From Takakia lepidozioides (Eukaryota; Plantae; Bryophyta), in NCBI GenBank assembly GCA_030704615.1, contig CM060731.1, forward strand, positions 86,738,001-86,802,000: a stretch of 64,000 nucleotides of DNA, read 5' to 3'. The notes under the pieces are model-generated. The model was not told where the DNA came from, ran no database searches, and worked only from the letters and a program-made list of their open reading frames with translations. The first letter of the stretch is position 1. Each line of letters opens with the position of its first letter. Both the position numbers and the translations under genes were made by a program. Shown here in pieces: positions 13,801-26,879 of this stretch.

Positions 13801-14400
13801 ATCAATTCCTCGCAACTCACTTTTGAATCCAGCCATTCCTCCCATCGCCCGTAGTTTTGGAATGACACTACAAATCTCTTCTTCATCAGCTTCTCCAACC
13901 ACAGTAGGAAGGACTGGATTTGGAATTACACTTATGTCATCATCGGACGAATCCGAAAGCTCAACGATTGGAGTGGAGGACGTCTGTTCTTTTTTCACCA
14001 CCACCTCCCTCTTATTTTCAACAACCGAAGCAGCAGTCCCGGGCGTCACATATGACCCAAGGGACTTTCGCCGAGGCTCTCCAAGTACTCTGTATCGACC
14101 AGGGCGCACTCTCCACTGGCTGACATGAGCCGTCTCATCACGGTTTTGGAAAGAGTATTTCAACAACTTCCCTTTCTAATCGTATACCTCTTTCTCCAAA
14201 AAGGTGGAGCCATTCTGAAGCTGAAAACGGGTAGACAAGACATGTTCCAGAACAATTGCAAATCCATTGTCAAGGACTTCCTGGGAGAACGGCACTGGTT
14301 TGTCGTCAGAGAAGAACTCCGCTTCAGAGGAAGCCATCTTCCTTCCTCGCGTACGTTGATACCTTGCTATCGCAGACCTTCAGTGTAAATCGGTTTATTG
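10833..14400 (-). pseudogene. MULE B transposase (GCM/WRKY-like DNA-binding domain, DDE core, SWIM finger), full domain set but disrupted
   Basis: CNGHLRCDNLNC...CKFC...RACVHFGFHNHP; VMFDHVKRV (D1); FMADSAQA...CLFH (D2 plus CxxH); CNLAETMH (E); SWIM CTCPDF...PCKH. Several stops and frameshifts; 5' end approximate. Confidence 0.85.
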
Positions 14401-15081
14401 ATGTCTCCAGAACACAGTTGAAGAATGAGCAGAGAATATGGCGGAGGAAGCTCAGACGACGACTGTGCATATTCTGTTATTCCTTCCAGATATGCAGCCG
14501 TCCATTTTAATTACTTTTCTTGTGGGCCCAGTGGTCAGAGTATCCCTAGGAGCAATGTCGGCAACTGTTAAACCGTTAATCAGAACCTCATCAATAAACA
14601 CAATAACAAGCCGACTTCCTGGAAGCATGCCACAGGATCGCAGATTAAGTAAATGTATCTTTATACTACTACCAATGATCATGCGCACCTGGAAAGTTCA
14701 AAATGTGAAACGAACTTGGGGTTGGCTAACAAGGATGACCGTGTATGATATCCCAAAATTTGTCATCAAACTCTCGTTCATTTACATATATTTGTCTAAG
14801 ACTGTGCGCCAAGATTTCTGGGATTCGCTGTTATTTTTAAATATTGAAACCGTTCTAATAAAGAACACGTCGTTTATTTTGGGCGACACACGTCAGACAT
14901 CGATAACTGAATACGAACAGCTGTACACTAATTGCTGGCATGTGCACTAATAAGGGAACGACTATGTGTAACGGTCACACGAGAGGGAATCCGATGCTTC
15001 TAGAGACAAGCAACAACGCACGCAATCCCGCAAGAAATCGGGAGTCACTTTGTTTTTCTACTTTTTGCGCTTAGAGGGAGA

Positions 15082-18000
15082 GTGGTAGTCAAGCTGGAGA
15101 GGGTTCCTTCTACAATACGAAAGAGAAGAAAGTCTCTTTATTTTACTTCCCTTAGAGAGAGACGCAGAGCAAGAGAGCAAATGACGAGGCGTCGTTTGTT
15201 GGAGAACACAGGGCCAAGGCAGCAGGTGAACGCGGAGACTGATTCACAAGAGCAGACCGAGACTGAGGCAGCGGCTGTGACACAGTCGGCGATAACAGTG
15301 CGCGTTGGAAACCAGCCTGTGGATGCAGAGATGACTTGCAAGGAAACTGAAGGAGGTGGAAGTACGAGGAACGCTGAACCGGGAGAAGGTCCAGAAATCC
15401 TAGAGCAGACATAAATTCCAGCAGATGTGAGAGGGAAGAGGAAAGCTGCAAAAGGGGATCCAATTTCAAAACCTAAGAAGGCGCCAATAAGTTTTATCTA
15501 ACTTACATTTCATTGTTGAAGATCTGCGTAGAGATTGAGTGGAATGTCCCAGAAAGAGATTGTCGCTACCGACCATCACCATGAAACAACGGTGATTTGC
15601 TTTCTACTCCTCTGTTAAGGGTTTACAGCACAATGAGTGGGTGACTGACGGTACCGTCATTCACTGTTGTTCAGATCATACAGTCTGTCTGATTGCCTTT
15701 CAAGCAGTCCTTCCTCTTCCCTTCTTTAGCAGGAACATGTGATTGAAGTCTACTGAATTGCGAGCGTCGTTAACGCCATTCGATTCTCCTCATGAGATTT
15801 ATGTACCTATGTGTTTGAAGAGAAAATGAGTCGTCGGCATATTCAGTCATAATGTATTGCAATGCATTTTCTTTGTTTGAGGTTGAACAGATAGAGAAGT
15901 GGAAAGGCGGTACCGCCAATCAAAGATTTGAAGACCATACTATAGATTCAGGTAGAGCATCGATTGGAAAGTACTCTTGACATAGACAAGAAACAGTGAA
16001 TGCTTGCGACGTTCATCACAATGGAGTCAATCTGAATAATCTGCACTTACTGTCCGCCCTAAACTATATTGAATGTCGTTGCCGCCAATCACTTACACAT
16101 ATATGTCATTGCACAACACCGATCCGGCAGGTCCTTGTCTTTTGTGATTGTCATTAACGCCGTTCGCTCTTGCTCAAAACCTTTCTGTTCCTGTGTCCCT
16201 AGAATCATAGTGTTTTGTTTTGAATTCGGCAGGATCAGCTTTGCTTGTGTAGATGGTTCTGAATTTGTTTCACACCATTCATTGTGAGTTTCGTCAAGAC
16301 AGAGTGATGGTCGTTACCGCCGTTCACTATTTGCACATTACTCAGTCAGATTTGAATGGCATCGTGCAGAAAACTTTGAGGTCCAAGCCTACAGGATCAG
16401 AGGGGAAAGGATCTGGAGATGGGGACGAGTCTGGAAAAAGCTCAGAGAATAACGATGAAGCAGATGAATCTGAAGTGCACTACCTTGACAAGGTGAAAGA
16501 ACTCATGTCATTCCAGAAGGTAAACTCTCAGGAGGTTATAAGGGACATGCTCGTATCTGGAGGGCGTCTGGACATCCCTCTGTGCCGGATGATATCTATG
16601 CATGTTGTGCGTCCACCTCTTTCCCATGACATAACAAAATTGGAGAGTGATTTCGTGCATGGATACAGACTTGGTGCACAAGTTTTTTATGTGTCACTGA
16701 CGGATATAAATGGGAAAAGCACATTAGTGTCTCCAGAGATCAGTGATACCTGGGATGAGTGCTGGAAAGATGCTAATGAGGAGTTCGAGCTGGGCCTCAT
16801 GATGGGAAAGAACACCCAGCAATTCTGCAACCACATGTTCTACGTCTGGGACGGCAACCACCGATTGCTGGCATGGATGGGATACATCCAGAAACACCAT
16901 GCGAAAGACAAAGACAAGCATGTTGCTGTGGAGGCAATGGTTTTGGATCCAGGAAACGACATCGCTAGGCTTCTTACAGCTATGCACGACGTGAACAAGT
17001 AAGTCATCCTAGAGACTTCATTCCCTCTGTAGTGTCTTGTTAATCCCAAAAAAACAGTGTTAAGGAATGCAATGTTTCCAATGTTTTTGCAGATCGACAG
17101 AGAAATCGCATGTGACAATAAGCTTGATCCACACACTATTCCGAATTCAGAGGATTGGTCTAATGAAGCTGGATGATTTTCGGGCAGTACTCCCCCCCAA
17201 TATAATCAAGAAGTGTGAAACAGGAAGAGCTGCAGGCACTTGGTATTATTTGACTCGAGAGGCGTTTTTGGAGTACATGTATGCGGTAAGCCCGAGTTTG
17301 TACTCAGTTTACTTTTCGAATACATGTTTGTAGTCCCTTCGGTGCTAATCACTATTTGAATCAATGCAGCAAGAACTGGCAGAGGCAGCTGAGAAGGGAA
17401 AATCCGAATATTACTGCACTACACCAGAGGAACTAAGGACATCAAAGGGTGTGGAAGCAGCAATAAAAAAGGAGTTTGAAATGCGAAGAACCAAATTGAT
17501 GTCCGCCTTCGGAAAGCAGCTTAGAATAGTAGATCCTAGACTTGGTTCTGAGTTCCTTCAGCAGATCAAATCTCACTATGACAAGCATGTGCATCCGGAG
17601 ATGCAGCAGGAGAAATTGCACCGGCTGGCCATATCCATGGTCGACCCACAAACAAAAATAAGGTGGCTGGAGATATGGCAGATCAGACAGTAAAGGACTT
17701 GAATCAGTTCTCAAAGAGCACCATACAGCCTGGCACAAAGGTGGAAGGAATCAGTGATTTGGTGTTTGATAACTGGCTCCACAAGGCTACATTTTGGAGT
17801 CAGGTGGTATTCAAATAAGCCGTTTTCTTTTCTTCAATTATGTGATGAGTATCTTATTTGCAATACTGACAAATATACAATTTGCAGCTCGAAAAGCGCG
17901 TCGTCATTGTGCTGGATCAGACTTTGAAGGACTTGAACATTTCGATTGTTTCCCCTCCCCAAATGTCATTGGAGGCATACATAAGGAAGTGGAGAGGTCT

Positions 18001-18115
18001 CACCTGGTGATACTGTTTTTTCCGGGAGTTCTCCAAAGATGGTAACATTTTACGATCCAACGACTTTGACAGTCAAGTTGGAGGAGAGTGGGCCATGATG
18101 CGAGTTGTGTACAGG
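15082..18115 (+). pseudogene. MULE B ParB-MTase gene, 5' exons (ParB-like domain)
   Basis: LDIPLCRMISMHVVRP...GYRLGAQVFYVS...FYVWDGNHRLLAW. Introns lie at positions matching the C gene. Interrupted by element A in the intron after VVYR. First exon is uncertain. Confidence 0.75.
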
Positions 18116-18195
18116 TGTAATATCATACTGGAAACTCTACTACACTTTTTGGGAAATAATTTGGCTTCATAAGGATTGTAATCATAGATCCAAAT

Positions 18196-18217
18196 TGAAT
18201 GTCGTTGACGACATTCA
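18196..18217. repeat. B-type 22-bp palindrome TGAATGTCGTTGACGACATTCA
   Basis: Perfect arms around a TG centre. The array continues after element A at 32723-33375. Confidence 0.85.
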
Positions 18218-18787
18218 CTTCTTTGTCTGAGTCATTCTTAAGCGAGAATTTGAATTCACTTGGATTATGAGCTTAGGGTGTAATTATAGTGTCCCTGATT
18301 AGAATTGATAATGTCCCTGAATGGGGGGGCTGCTATTTCATGAGCCATGAGCCATGAGCGGCATGAGCCATGAGCAGAGTCGTAAGTGTGGAAAAAAACA
18401 TGAGCAGCACTATTTTCCGGAAATGAGTGTCCGCGGGAATAGGGTTTAGGGTGCCACGGTCATAGGGGGAGAAGGACCTCCCGATGAAGGAGGTTCGGCA
18501 ATGTTATTTAGAATTATATATTGAAAGGCAATGTTTCGCGAATGGTAGGGTGGTACTGCTCTGTACAATGGGGGCCCATTTCAGCCTACCAGCCACTTGC
18601 AAAATCCACCCACACTCCCAATCCCAAACGAAATGAGCAATGACGCATTCTCGGAACGATGGACACAGAATAGAATAAAAAGAGGGCACAACGAGGTTTT
18701 TATTGATCCACATGACTTGCATTTGAAGCACGTCTACTGTGCTGATTGTGCAATCAAATCTTTAGCCCTGTGCCTACTGAATACAAG

Positions 18788-19351
18788 TCACGTTGTCAAT
18801 GGGACTTTGACTGCTCTCAGAACTAGCTCATGAGTCATGGGGCTCCTCCAGGTAAAGTCGATTGCAGCCGTTGTACCGCCCCTAGTGATGTTCACCACAA
18901 TGTCCTGCCCTTCAATCATACCACCATCGAATATGGAAATCTTCACGTTTTCGTCGTCCACACCAATGCGAATGTCCCCATACAATGGAGAAGAGGAGCG
19001 CACTCCTTCAGGAGAATAGGTCTCTCCGATGGAGTCCACCCACGTCCAGTGGCAGCAGTTCCACCGCAACAGCATAGCAGTGCGCCTTCTTCTGCATGGG
19101 TGACCGTCGTAGCTGGGAAAATCAGAATCGAGGATGCGCAGGAGCCACGGACTCCTCAGACCAAGATCGTCACCCCGCTCGAAGGCGTAGTGGCCTAGGA
19201 TATACTCAAAAGCCACCAATGTTTCCACAATCGAACCAGTATCTTCTCTGTAATCTGTGTACCAGATAACAATGTCTCCCGATGTGGCCGAATACATTGC
19301 ATAATCGATGCCTCCAAATGGGCAGTCGTCCCGGTTCCGGAAGCACGGCAT
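18788..19351 (-). CDS. Orphan protein 1 of element A (about 187 aa), paralog of 19901-20479
   Basis: MPCFRNRDDCP...DYAMY...GDIVIW...PWLLRILD...RWNCCHWT...PLYGDIR...DGGMIEGQDIVV; also open in A'. Confidence 0.7.
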   Translation of the reverse strand: MPCFRNRDDCPFGGIDYAMYSATSGDIVIWYTDYREDTGSIVETLVAFEYILGHYAFERGDDLGLRSPWLLRILDSDFPSYDGHPCRRRRTAMLLRWNCCHWTWVDSIGETYSPEGVRSSSPLYGDIRIGVDDENVKISIFDGGMIEGQDIVVNITRGGTTAAIDFTWRSPMTHELVLRAVKVPLTT

Positions 19352-19900
19352 CCTTGCAAAGGAGGACCTGAGGATGACTTGGATGCCGATGACCTTGCGG
19401 ACAACTACGAAGCCCTTAGATTTTGGAAATGATGCGAAGCGGAAGAGCAGTCCGGCCTCCAATAATGGAGCATCTGGGTCCCACGTACCCACCGACGGAG
19501 GTGGAACGTGTTCATCACACCAGCGGTGGATGAACCCATACATCTTTCTCATCAACAAGTTATAGTTTGAGATCTGCCACCGAAGTCCATCCCCCGGATG
19601 GAAATTCGGCGCCGCATTTACATCGAAGAGGGGATGGACTTCGTCGTGTCCAGTGGCTATCGGCCCACCTGGCAGTGACTGCCCATAGTTTGCATGGCAG
19701 GGTAGGAAACTGAAACGGCTACATTCATGCAGCAGCCAATCTTCATCGGTCCAGGATCCTGTAGGGGGGAAATTTAAATGTGCCCTGGAGTGTTTGTGAG
19801 GAATTGCAGCGTTAGCTTGAACTTTTTCCAGCCACCGCGCTGCTCCTCCTCCATCCGGGAGCTGCTGTCATTGAGCGTACTCCGCTACTCTTTTTCAAGG

Positions 19901-20479
19901 ATGCCGTGCCGCCGAAATCCAGCCGACTGCCCTTATCATGGCCACGATTATGCTATGTTCAAACCAGAATCAGGAGACATCATTGTCTGGCTCTCTGTTT
20001 TCACAGACGCTGCTGGAATCAAGCAAGAGTCTTTGCGCGCAATGGAGTATCTGGAGGGCTATTACCGCTTTGAGCGAGGTGAGGGCGAGGGTCAATGCGG
20101 TCCGTGGGTCCTGAAAATTGTTGACCTCGATATACCAAGCTGGAAAGGGATGCCGGACAGATCACGCACGGCCTCGCTTTGGCGCTGGAACTGCTGCCAG
20201 TGGACCAGGGAGGACGGCACCGGGGAAAACTATATACGTGCAGATCACTTCGCTCTTCCAGTGTATGGAGACATTCGGCTGAGTTGCGAAGACGAATCGC
20301 ACGGGCACATGAGGCCCACAGTGACCTTGTCAATGTATGATGGTGGTATCATTGATGGACATGACATTGTCGTCGGCTCCAGCAAGGGCAGCAGAACGAC
20401 CGAATTGCAGTTTACCTCGAGGTGCCGCAGCAGTGATGAGCTTGTTTTGAGGGGTATCGAAGATCCGTCGACTTGGTGA
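19901..20479 (+). CDS. Orphan protein 2 of element A (about 192 aa)
   Basis: MPCRRNPADCP...DYAMF...GDIIVW...PWVLKIVD...RWNCCQWT...PVYGDIR...DGGIIDGHDIVV. Confidence 0.7.
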   Translation: MPCRRNPADCPYHGHDYAMFKPESGDIIVWLSVFTDAAGIKQESLRAMEYLEGYYRFERGEGEGQCGPWVLKIVDLDIPSWKGMPDRSRTASLWRWNCCQWTREDGTGENYIRADHFALPVYGDIRLSCEDESHGHMRPTVTLSMYDGGIIDGHDIVVGSSKGSRTTELQFTSRCRSSDELVLRGIEDPSTW

Positions 20480-20734
20480 AGCCCATGTAGAAGGAGGAAG
20501 GGCTTAGTTTTGTCTGCAGTTGGTAAATGTGAGACATCGTGTCCGATCAATAAACCCATCGTACCTCACTTCTGTATGATTGTGTTTCATTCTGTTGAAT
20601 AACTGTCGGAATTGGCCCACTGTTTACAATTTGATGTCTCATTTCTACAATTTGTCTGTCCGGATGAATATACCAGAGTAACCGGTATGAGAGTCATGTG
20701 TCAAGAATATACCAGAGTAACGCCATGTCGGCAT

Positions 20735-21475
20735 CGAAATGCGGCGCCGCATTTCCATGCCGACATGGAAATGTATGAACCGCATTTCAGTGTCGGACAA
20801 TGGAATGCGGTGCATCATTTCCGTCCAGGTACACGAAATACCAACACGGGTCTATAAATTGGACAGACAACGAGGTTGGCATTGCAAATGCGGCGACGCA
20901 TTTCCAGCTTGGCAATGGAAACTTCTTTTTGGACAAGGGAATGCGGTGCCGCATTTCCGTCCAACACTTCGAAAAGTGCACCCATTTCCGGCCAGCTCGA
21001 TGGAATGCGTTACCGCATTTCTGTGAGAGGGTCTGCAAATGGACAAATTGCGATGTCTGTTCTGGAAATGCGGCGCCGCATTTCCATGTTCGTCATCGAC
21101 TTTTTTTTGACAATGGAATGCGGTGCCAATTTTTGCTGATGGGCCTGCAGTTCAAACAACGACCATCCCCAATATGGAAATGCGGTACCGCATTTCCAAT
21201 TCCGCCATCTCGACCTCCTTGTTCGACCTCCTTGTTCGACCTCTGTAAGCGTGGTGGCATCCATGCAATGAGCGGGAGAAGCCAAAACTGGCGTGTGGAC
21301 AAAGGAAATTTTGGAAATGCGGCACCGCATTTCCAATCGGCCGATTACTTTTTACTATGCCAACATTGAAATGGAAAATTTAGTCCCTCCCCTGTTTTGG
21401 AAATGCGGTGCCGCATTTCCAAAAGAGGTTTTTAGAGTTGCCAAAATTTTGGAAATGCGGTGCCCCATTTCTGAT
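20735..21475. repeat. Dispersed cluster of A-type palindromes GGAAATGCGG(CG/TG/CA/TA)CCGCATTTCC
   Basis: Perfect copy at 21064-21085, with about 10 more separated by non-repetitive spacers. Confidence 0.9.
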
Positions 21476-21608
21476 TTTGGGAGCGTCGCGGTTTGGGCAA
21501 TTGTGTGGCTGGAATGCACACTGGAGAGGGGTCACGAATGTCGGGGAGATTTTCCTTTATATACTCTGGAAGAGAATTTACATTTACAGAGACTTCATTA
21601 AAATTCTA

Positions 21609-24600
21609 TTAATCTTGAAAATCATCCGAATCCTCATCCTGTTCTAGACTGTCCTGCTCCGCCTCCACCCCCTCAATGCCTTTCTCATCTCCAGCGGACT
21701 GCTCGTTGGCCAGGCTCTCGAAAATCCCATCTTCCCCTTGCGGAACTGTCCATCTCACCTCCGTTGGGTCGTCTTCCTCCCTGTCTGCGTCGCTCTCATC
21801 CGCTGAATCACATATGTACTTTCGTACCCGTCTACCTGTCTGAGTTGCTGCCAACTCTTTCCTTATCCTTCTGTCCTCCCTAGCCCTCTCCAAAATCTGC
21901 TCTACTTTACTGGGATTCTCACTTCTTCTAATCGCTGTATTTGCGAGTTTAGCTGCATAACTAGGAAGGGAGTAGTCCCTCACCGGGCTCGTCATGAAGT
22001 CGGCCCTCGCAAAGAACGGGACATTCTTCCTGGCAGGAAGTGTAGGCCCTACATGTTTCGACCCGGACCCTGCAATCCCGCACATGACAATCATCAACGA
22101 GACTAATGAGAACCACAGTCGGAAATTCGTTTGACAAAAATGACCCAGAAGGCTTTGCAAACTTACAATGTTTGCACTCACTCGTATTCCGGGTTCTCCT
22201 CCGCATCAATGTCCACTGTGTCTTCCTCGGACTCCGACGAATCCGAGGAGACTTCCGCTCTGTTGGGAGCCTTAACATTCCGTTGCAGCCCTTCCAGATG
22301 GGATCCCCACACGGATGAATCCTCCTCGTAGGCAAAGAGGTGCCGGTCGGAAAACCGCCCAGCCCACATTGAGGCACCTGTTACAATGCCATCCACACAT
22401 TACCACATGGCGCTTCAGATGTTGCGAACTACATCCTAACGAGAATTTGCAGAACAGCATAGATCAAGATTATGCATACCTGTCCCACAGATGAGGTCGA
22501 GCACTGTGCCCTCCACGTCTGTGCATGTCTCCATAATTGTCTGAATGAAGGCAGGGCTCGGAGTCCGTGAGTACCGCAGGGGTTCCGTTGAAGTGAGGCT
22601 ATGAGGGAGAAGTTCCTTGGGAACGTTGTTGAACAGAACGTCGTAATCGAGGGGGTCGCAGTTTGGGTCAACCTTTCCTCCCTCCTTCCGGAAAGCAAAG
22701 GTGGAGTTCTCCTTCACAAAGCAGTATGCATCGAACTGCTTCGTTTGCATACACAGGGGGGAACGATTAGAAACCGAATGCGGCACCGCATTTGAAAACA
22801 CCCAAGCAAATGAATGGACGAGTGCCAGTGTCGTAATCACCTTCTTCCCTTCCGACCGAAGGCCCAGTGTGTTGATGCACGTCCACTTCTTTTTCAGAAT
22901 CGGGACGACGCTCTTGCGGGTCCACTTCGCAATTCCTGTCTGAGTGTTTTTTCCTCTGCTCGCCAGGACAACCACACAGCCTCTGTCGTCCAACACCATG
23001 CGGGCAAGCCCGAATCCTTTCTTCCAAAAGTCCTCCGAGTACCTGTTCCAAGATGGCAAAGCTTGCAGTCCTTCCACAGGCTCTCCGTCCGGAATATCCA
23101 AGATGATCATATCGCAAGACCACTCGGTGGCATTTCCGCCCCTCCTACAATCCTTGTCTGCACACACCCTCTCAAAGAACGAGACCATATTCTGAAATCT
23201 TGGGGTGTCGGAAGGCTCTTCGGCAGTCGCCTTCTTCAGTGCTCTACCCTTCAGACCCTCCATGGTCTTCATGTATGCCAACTTGGCTGCCCGTCCATCC
23301 AAAGCCGCCAAGAAACTCTCATTTACACACTGGACTACTGTTTCGGGAGCCACTTTCGGCCTCTTCATTTCCACCGGCTCGAAAGGGTGCCCCCCTGGGG
23401 GGTTGAAGAGTGCCTTCTTTGCCGAGCCAGTTCTTGTGCCTCTCGTGACAACGGTGGGCACAGGGGAGGCAGCCTGCGTTTGGGGGGGTGGGCTGGTTGC
23501 AAAGTCTCCATCGGAGTCCTCTTCCTCACCCTCTTCCTGAACAGGCTGTTTCTGCTTCTTTGTTTTGGCGGGTGTCACAATAGCTGCTCCTTGCTGGCGA
23601 GTCCTCTTCTTCGACCCCTTCTGTTGGGCCTGCACAGCTGCATCCACCGTCTTTTGTGCCATCTCAGCTGCCTTTCTGGATTCTTCCAGAGCAGCAGATT
23701 CCTTTGCCGACTTTGGCCCAACAGGGACACGTCTTTCCTTTCTCTTCTCTTCTGCCAAGGCGTGCAGATCTTTCTCAGACTCGTCAACAATACCACCAGA
23801 CATATCCAGGTACCAGGGGCATCCAACGAGATGCGCGGGATGCCATTGTTTCTGCATCTCGGGTGTGTAGACACAGCTTGGGCCTGCCACGGTCCAAGCC
23901 ATGAAGAACGGGGGCTCTTGAGCCAGGGCCCCTGTCTGAAGGAGCACGTATTTCATATACCTGCAGGGCAGTCAGCATGCGTGAGCATAAGATTGGACGA
24001 ACCTACTCGCAGAGTGCCACCGAAAACATAAAATGTGAATGCGGTGCCGCATTTCCGAGACAAACCTCGTAACCAGGCTTCGCATACAAGGGCAGCTGTG
24101 CTTCACCTGTAAACAATTCGCATTGCAGCTTTCCCCGCTCCCTCCTGATGTGTAAACTCCACGCTCCTTCTTGCTGTCTGTAGCTCTCTGGCGAAAAGGT
24201 TGTCCTTGTACGCACATCTGAAACGTGTCACGTAGTCTTCCAATGTCTGTGTTCCATCCCATTTGACGTACAAGCCGAACGAATTTGTGTGCATTACGAC
24301 TTGCTCCTTCGCATTCGACATTACCTGCGATTCCCACATGCATTGTCACGTAGCAGTTCAGGGAATTCATTTCAGAAAAGCAAATCTGGGGAAGTACCTT
24401 GAATTACCTGGAACCACCAAGTCATGCGGTTGAGCCACACATCCACTGCAGGGTCGGAAACTTCCAGTGGAAAAGACCACATTGTCCTTATGCTCTCGGA
24501 TGCATTCCAGATCGACAGCCACCGTGTCTGCCATTTCCGATTCAATGTCAGGAGCTGGAAGAGAGTGGCTATTGCTAGGAAGGAACTTCAGTGCATTGAA

Positions 24601-26262
24601 ACCTCACCTTCTCTTTCGCCTCAACACATGCCGTTGAGACGTGATGCAGTTTCTCCAATTGCATGGTCGGCTGCATGGCCGAGAATAGTGTTTTGCAATC
24701 TCGGGGATGAAGTCCTTTCCAAGTGCCGGATCTGCAATTGCCACCAGCTTCACAAGCTTTGACTTGTATTTGGTTTTGGACTTGACACCGGCTTCCTTCA
24801 AGTGCTCAGTCAATGACTGCAACGTTTTCACCTGCCCCTCACTTTCCATGAAGAAGCGTTTGGCATGGGCCAAATCTAGCTTGATGTTTGACTGCCAACA
24901 AAAACATGCAGAAGCGTTACATTCGATTCATGTGGAAAGATTACTGGAAATTTCAATCTGAAGGATGAGCAGAGGGAAATCGGAGGACGACTTACTTCGT
25001 ATATCACCTCCACCATTCCATCCATAGTGAGACGATACCATGTCCGGTCAGTTTTTGCCACGGCTTTCTGAATGAGCTCGGGCTCCAGCATTTCCGCGAA
25101 CATGTGCGGATCAGTGAGACCAGTTTTCCTCACCCTGTACAGCATATGTGCCATGTGGGTATGCACGTACGCATTTTCAGTGACCCTGCAAGGCACACTC
25201 TCCAGTTCAGTCCACGAAAGCACGGAAACAAAACAGATTGGAAACCGAAATGTGGCACCGCATTTCGAACGTGCTTGGGAGGGTATGAGTATCTTACGAG
25301 TTGAGGTCCGCCATGGCATTCTTGAGCAAGGAGGAGTCTGCCGCCTTCACCTTGAGGATGACACACTCCACCATGTAATGCCAGCCAATGTGCTTGGCAT
25401 GGTTCTGCTTGATGTACTCCCACAAGGCGAGAAGTCGGTGATTCCCGTCCCACACAAAGAACATTTTACCCGACATATGGCCGAAGTCTGGATCACCCTT
25501 CAGCGTTGCCTCGAATTCGTTGTTGCGAGTGTGCCAGTGGGTATCCCACGTTGACAATTCATCGGCAGTGGGTCCACGAGTTTCGCCGTCCTCATTCTCA
25601 ATGGAAACGTAAAACGCTGCCGATCCCAGACGGTACCCTTCTCGAAATGCGAACTTGAGCTTATCCACATCTCCGGGAAGGGCCTGCCTGACGATGGGAA
25701 GGGAGACCATGCGACAGAGTGGGATTTGAAGAGTCCGCTGGAATACCCTACTGCCCAGAACTCTGCCAATGCTACTGTGTGTCTCCTCCAACATTTTATC
25801 AGCTGCACTTTTGAAATCCTCCGGAGACATGTCTGTAGGTGCCGGTAGTGGCTGAGCAGCTGGAGCATCCTCAACTGGAGCTGCACTCTGGGGCCTGTCT
25901 GCGGGCAATTCTGCCATTGCAGAGGCCTCCTCCGGGCCTGCTTGCTCATCGGTGGTGAGGTCTTGCTGCGAACGTTGAGCGGCAGCACCCTCCTCCGGTA
26001 CCAAATCGACAAAAACGGTCGATCCCATTGCCTTTGCTGCAGCAGAGTCGGCCCCAACATCTGCAGGCGGGAAATCCTCCAGGAACTGAGCTTCAGCTCG
26101 TGGAAGCGGTTTTGCGGGAGATTGTTTGGCCGTCGCCCTGATTGCCTTCTGCTTCCTCATCCTTGCAGGTGAAGGTGTCTGCTGCAATTGAATCTGTCTT
26201 TTACCAGGCTGCTTCATTCGCGTTGGTGGGGGTGAAGCGGCCTGAGCCGGTTCAGAAACCAG
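21609..26262 (-). pseudogene. MULE A ParB-MTase gene body (5' part translocated to 30100-30645)
   Basis: FFVWDGNHRLLALW (ParB-like); CDMIILDIPDG (motif IV); RMVLDDRGCVVVL; SPAFIQTIMETCTDVEGTVLDLICGTG/ASMWAGRFSDRHLFAYE (motifs X-I-II); acidic tail. 1-bp frameshift near 24680 relative to A'. Confidence 0.85.
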
Positions 26263-26620
26263 TTTCCGTTCTGGAATGTCGGAAAGTGCGACTCGGACGG
26301 AAATGCGGTGCCGCATTTCTGTTCCCTTTGTTCATAATTCTCAATCAGAACGGAAATGCGGTACCGCATTTCCGTTCCACCTTCACATACCGTGCTTGCT
26401 GGATGGAAATGCGTTACCGCATTTCCGTACCACCTTCACATACCGTGCTTGCTGGATGGAAATGCGTTACCGCATTTCCGTTCTGGAGAGTATAAAGGTT
26501 TCCCCCGGACGGAAACTCGGTGCCGCATTTCCGTCGCTCTGGTGCATGACCAAGATGCAATACGGAAATGCGGCGCCGTATTTCCGTCCACCAGCAATCG
26601 AAAGAATCACTCGGGACGGG
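26263..26620. repeat. A-type palindrome array; 26263-26381 is an inverted copy of about 28582-28700
   Basis: Direct reverse-complement match; repeated GGAAATGCG..CGCATTTCC. Confidence 0.85.
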
Positions 26621-26879
26621 AAATCTGGAACCTGAATGGGTTGCATTGTTCCGAAACAACACAATTGCGGCCAGTCTTGATGAGCACAACTTGGTTGTCT
26701 GACCGTTTTAACTAACAGTACTGGCACTTGTCAGTGCGAACGTTCCTGTCTGCACCGAGAATACTGCTGGATCCACCCTGCGGAGAAACTGTAATGAGAT
26801 GTTATTTCGTCGCTGAATCGGCCAGCATTGTCTAACTTACTGGCTATGGAATCACACCTCCCACCTTCATGCATGTAGC

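Noticed and set aside
20735-21475. CRISPR-like look (palindromic repeat with unique spacers)
   Set aside because: Spacing is irregular, repeats are degenerate and also occur singly in introns, there are no cas genes, and the context is a eukaryotic TE.
22814-24031. 405-aa plus-strand ORF (and similar long antisense ORFs, e.g. 62017-63072 and 11524-12252)
   Set aside because: Shadow frames of GC-rich coding exons on the opposite strand.
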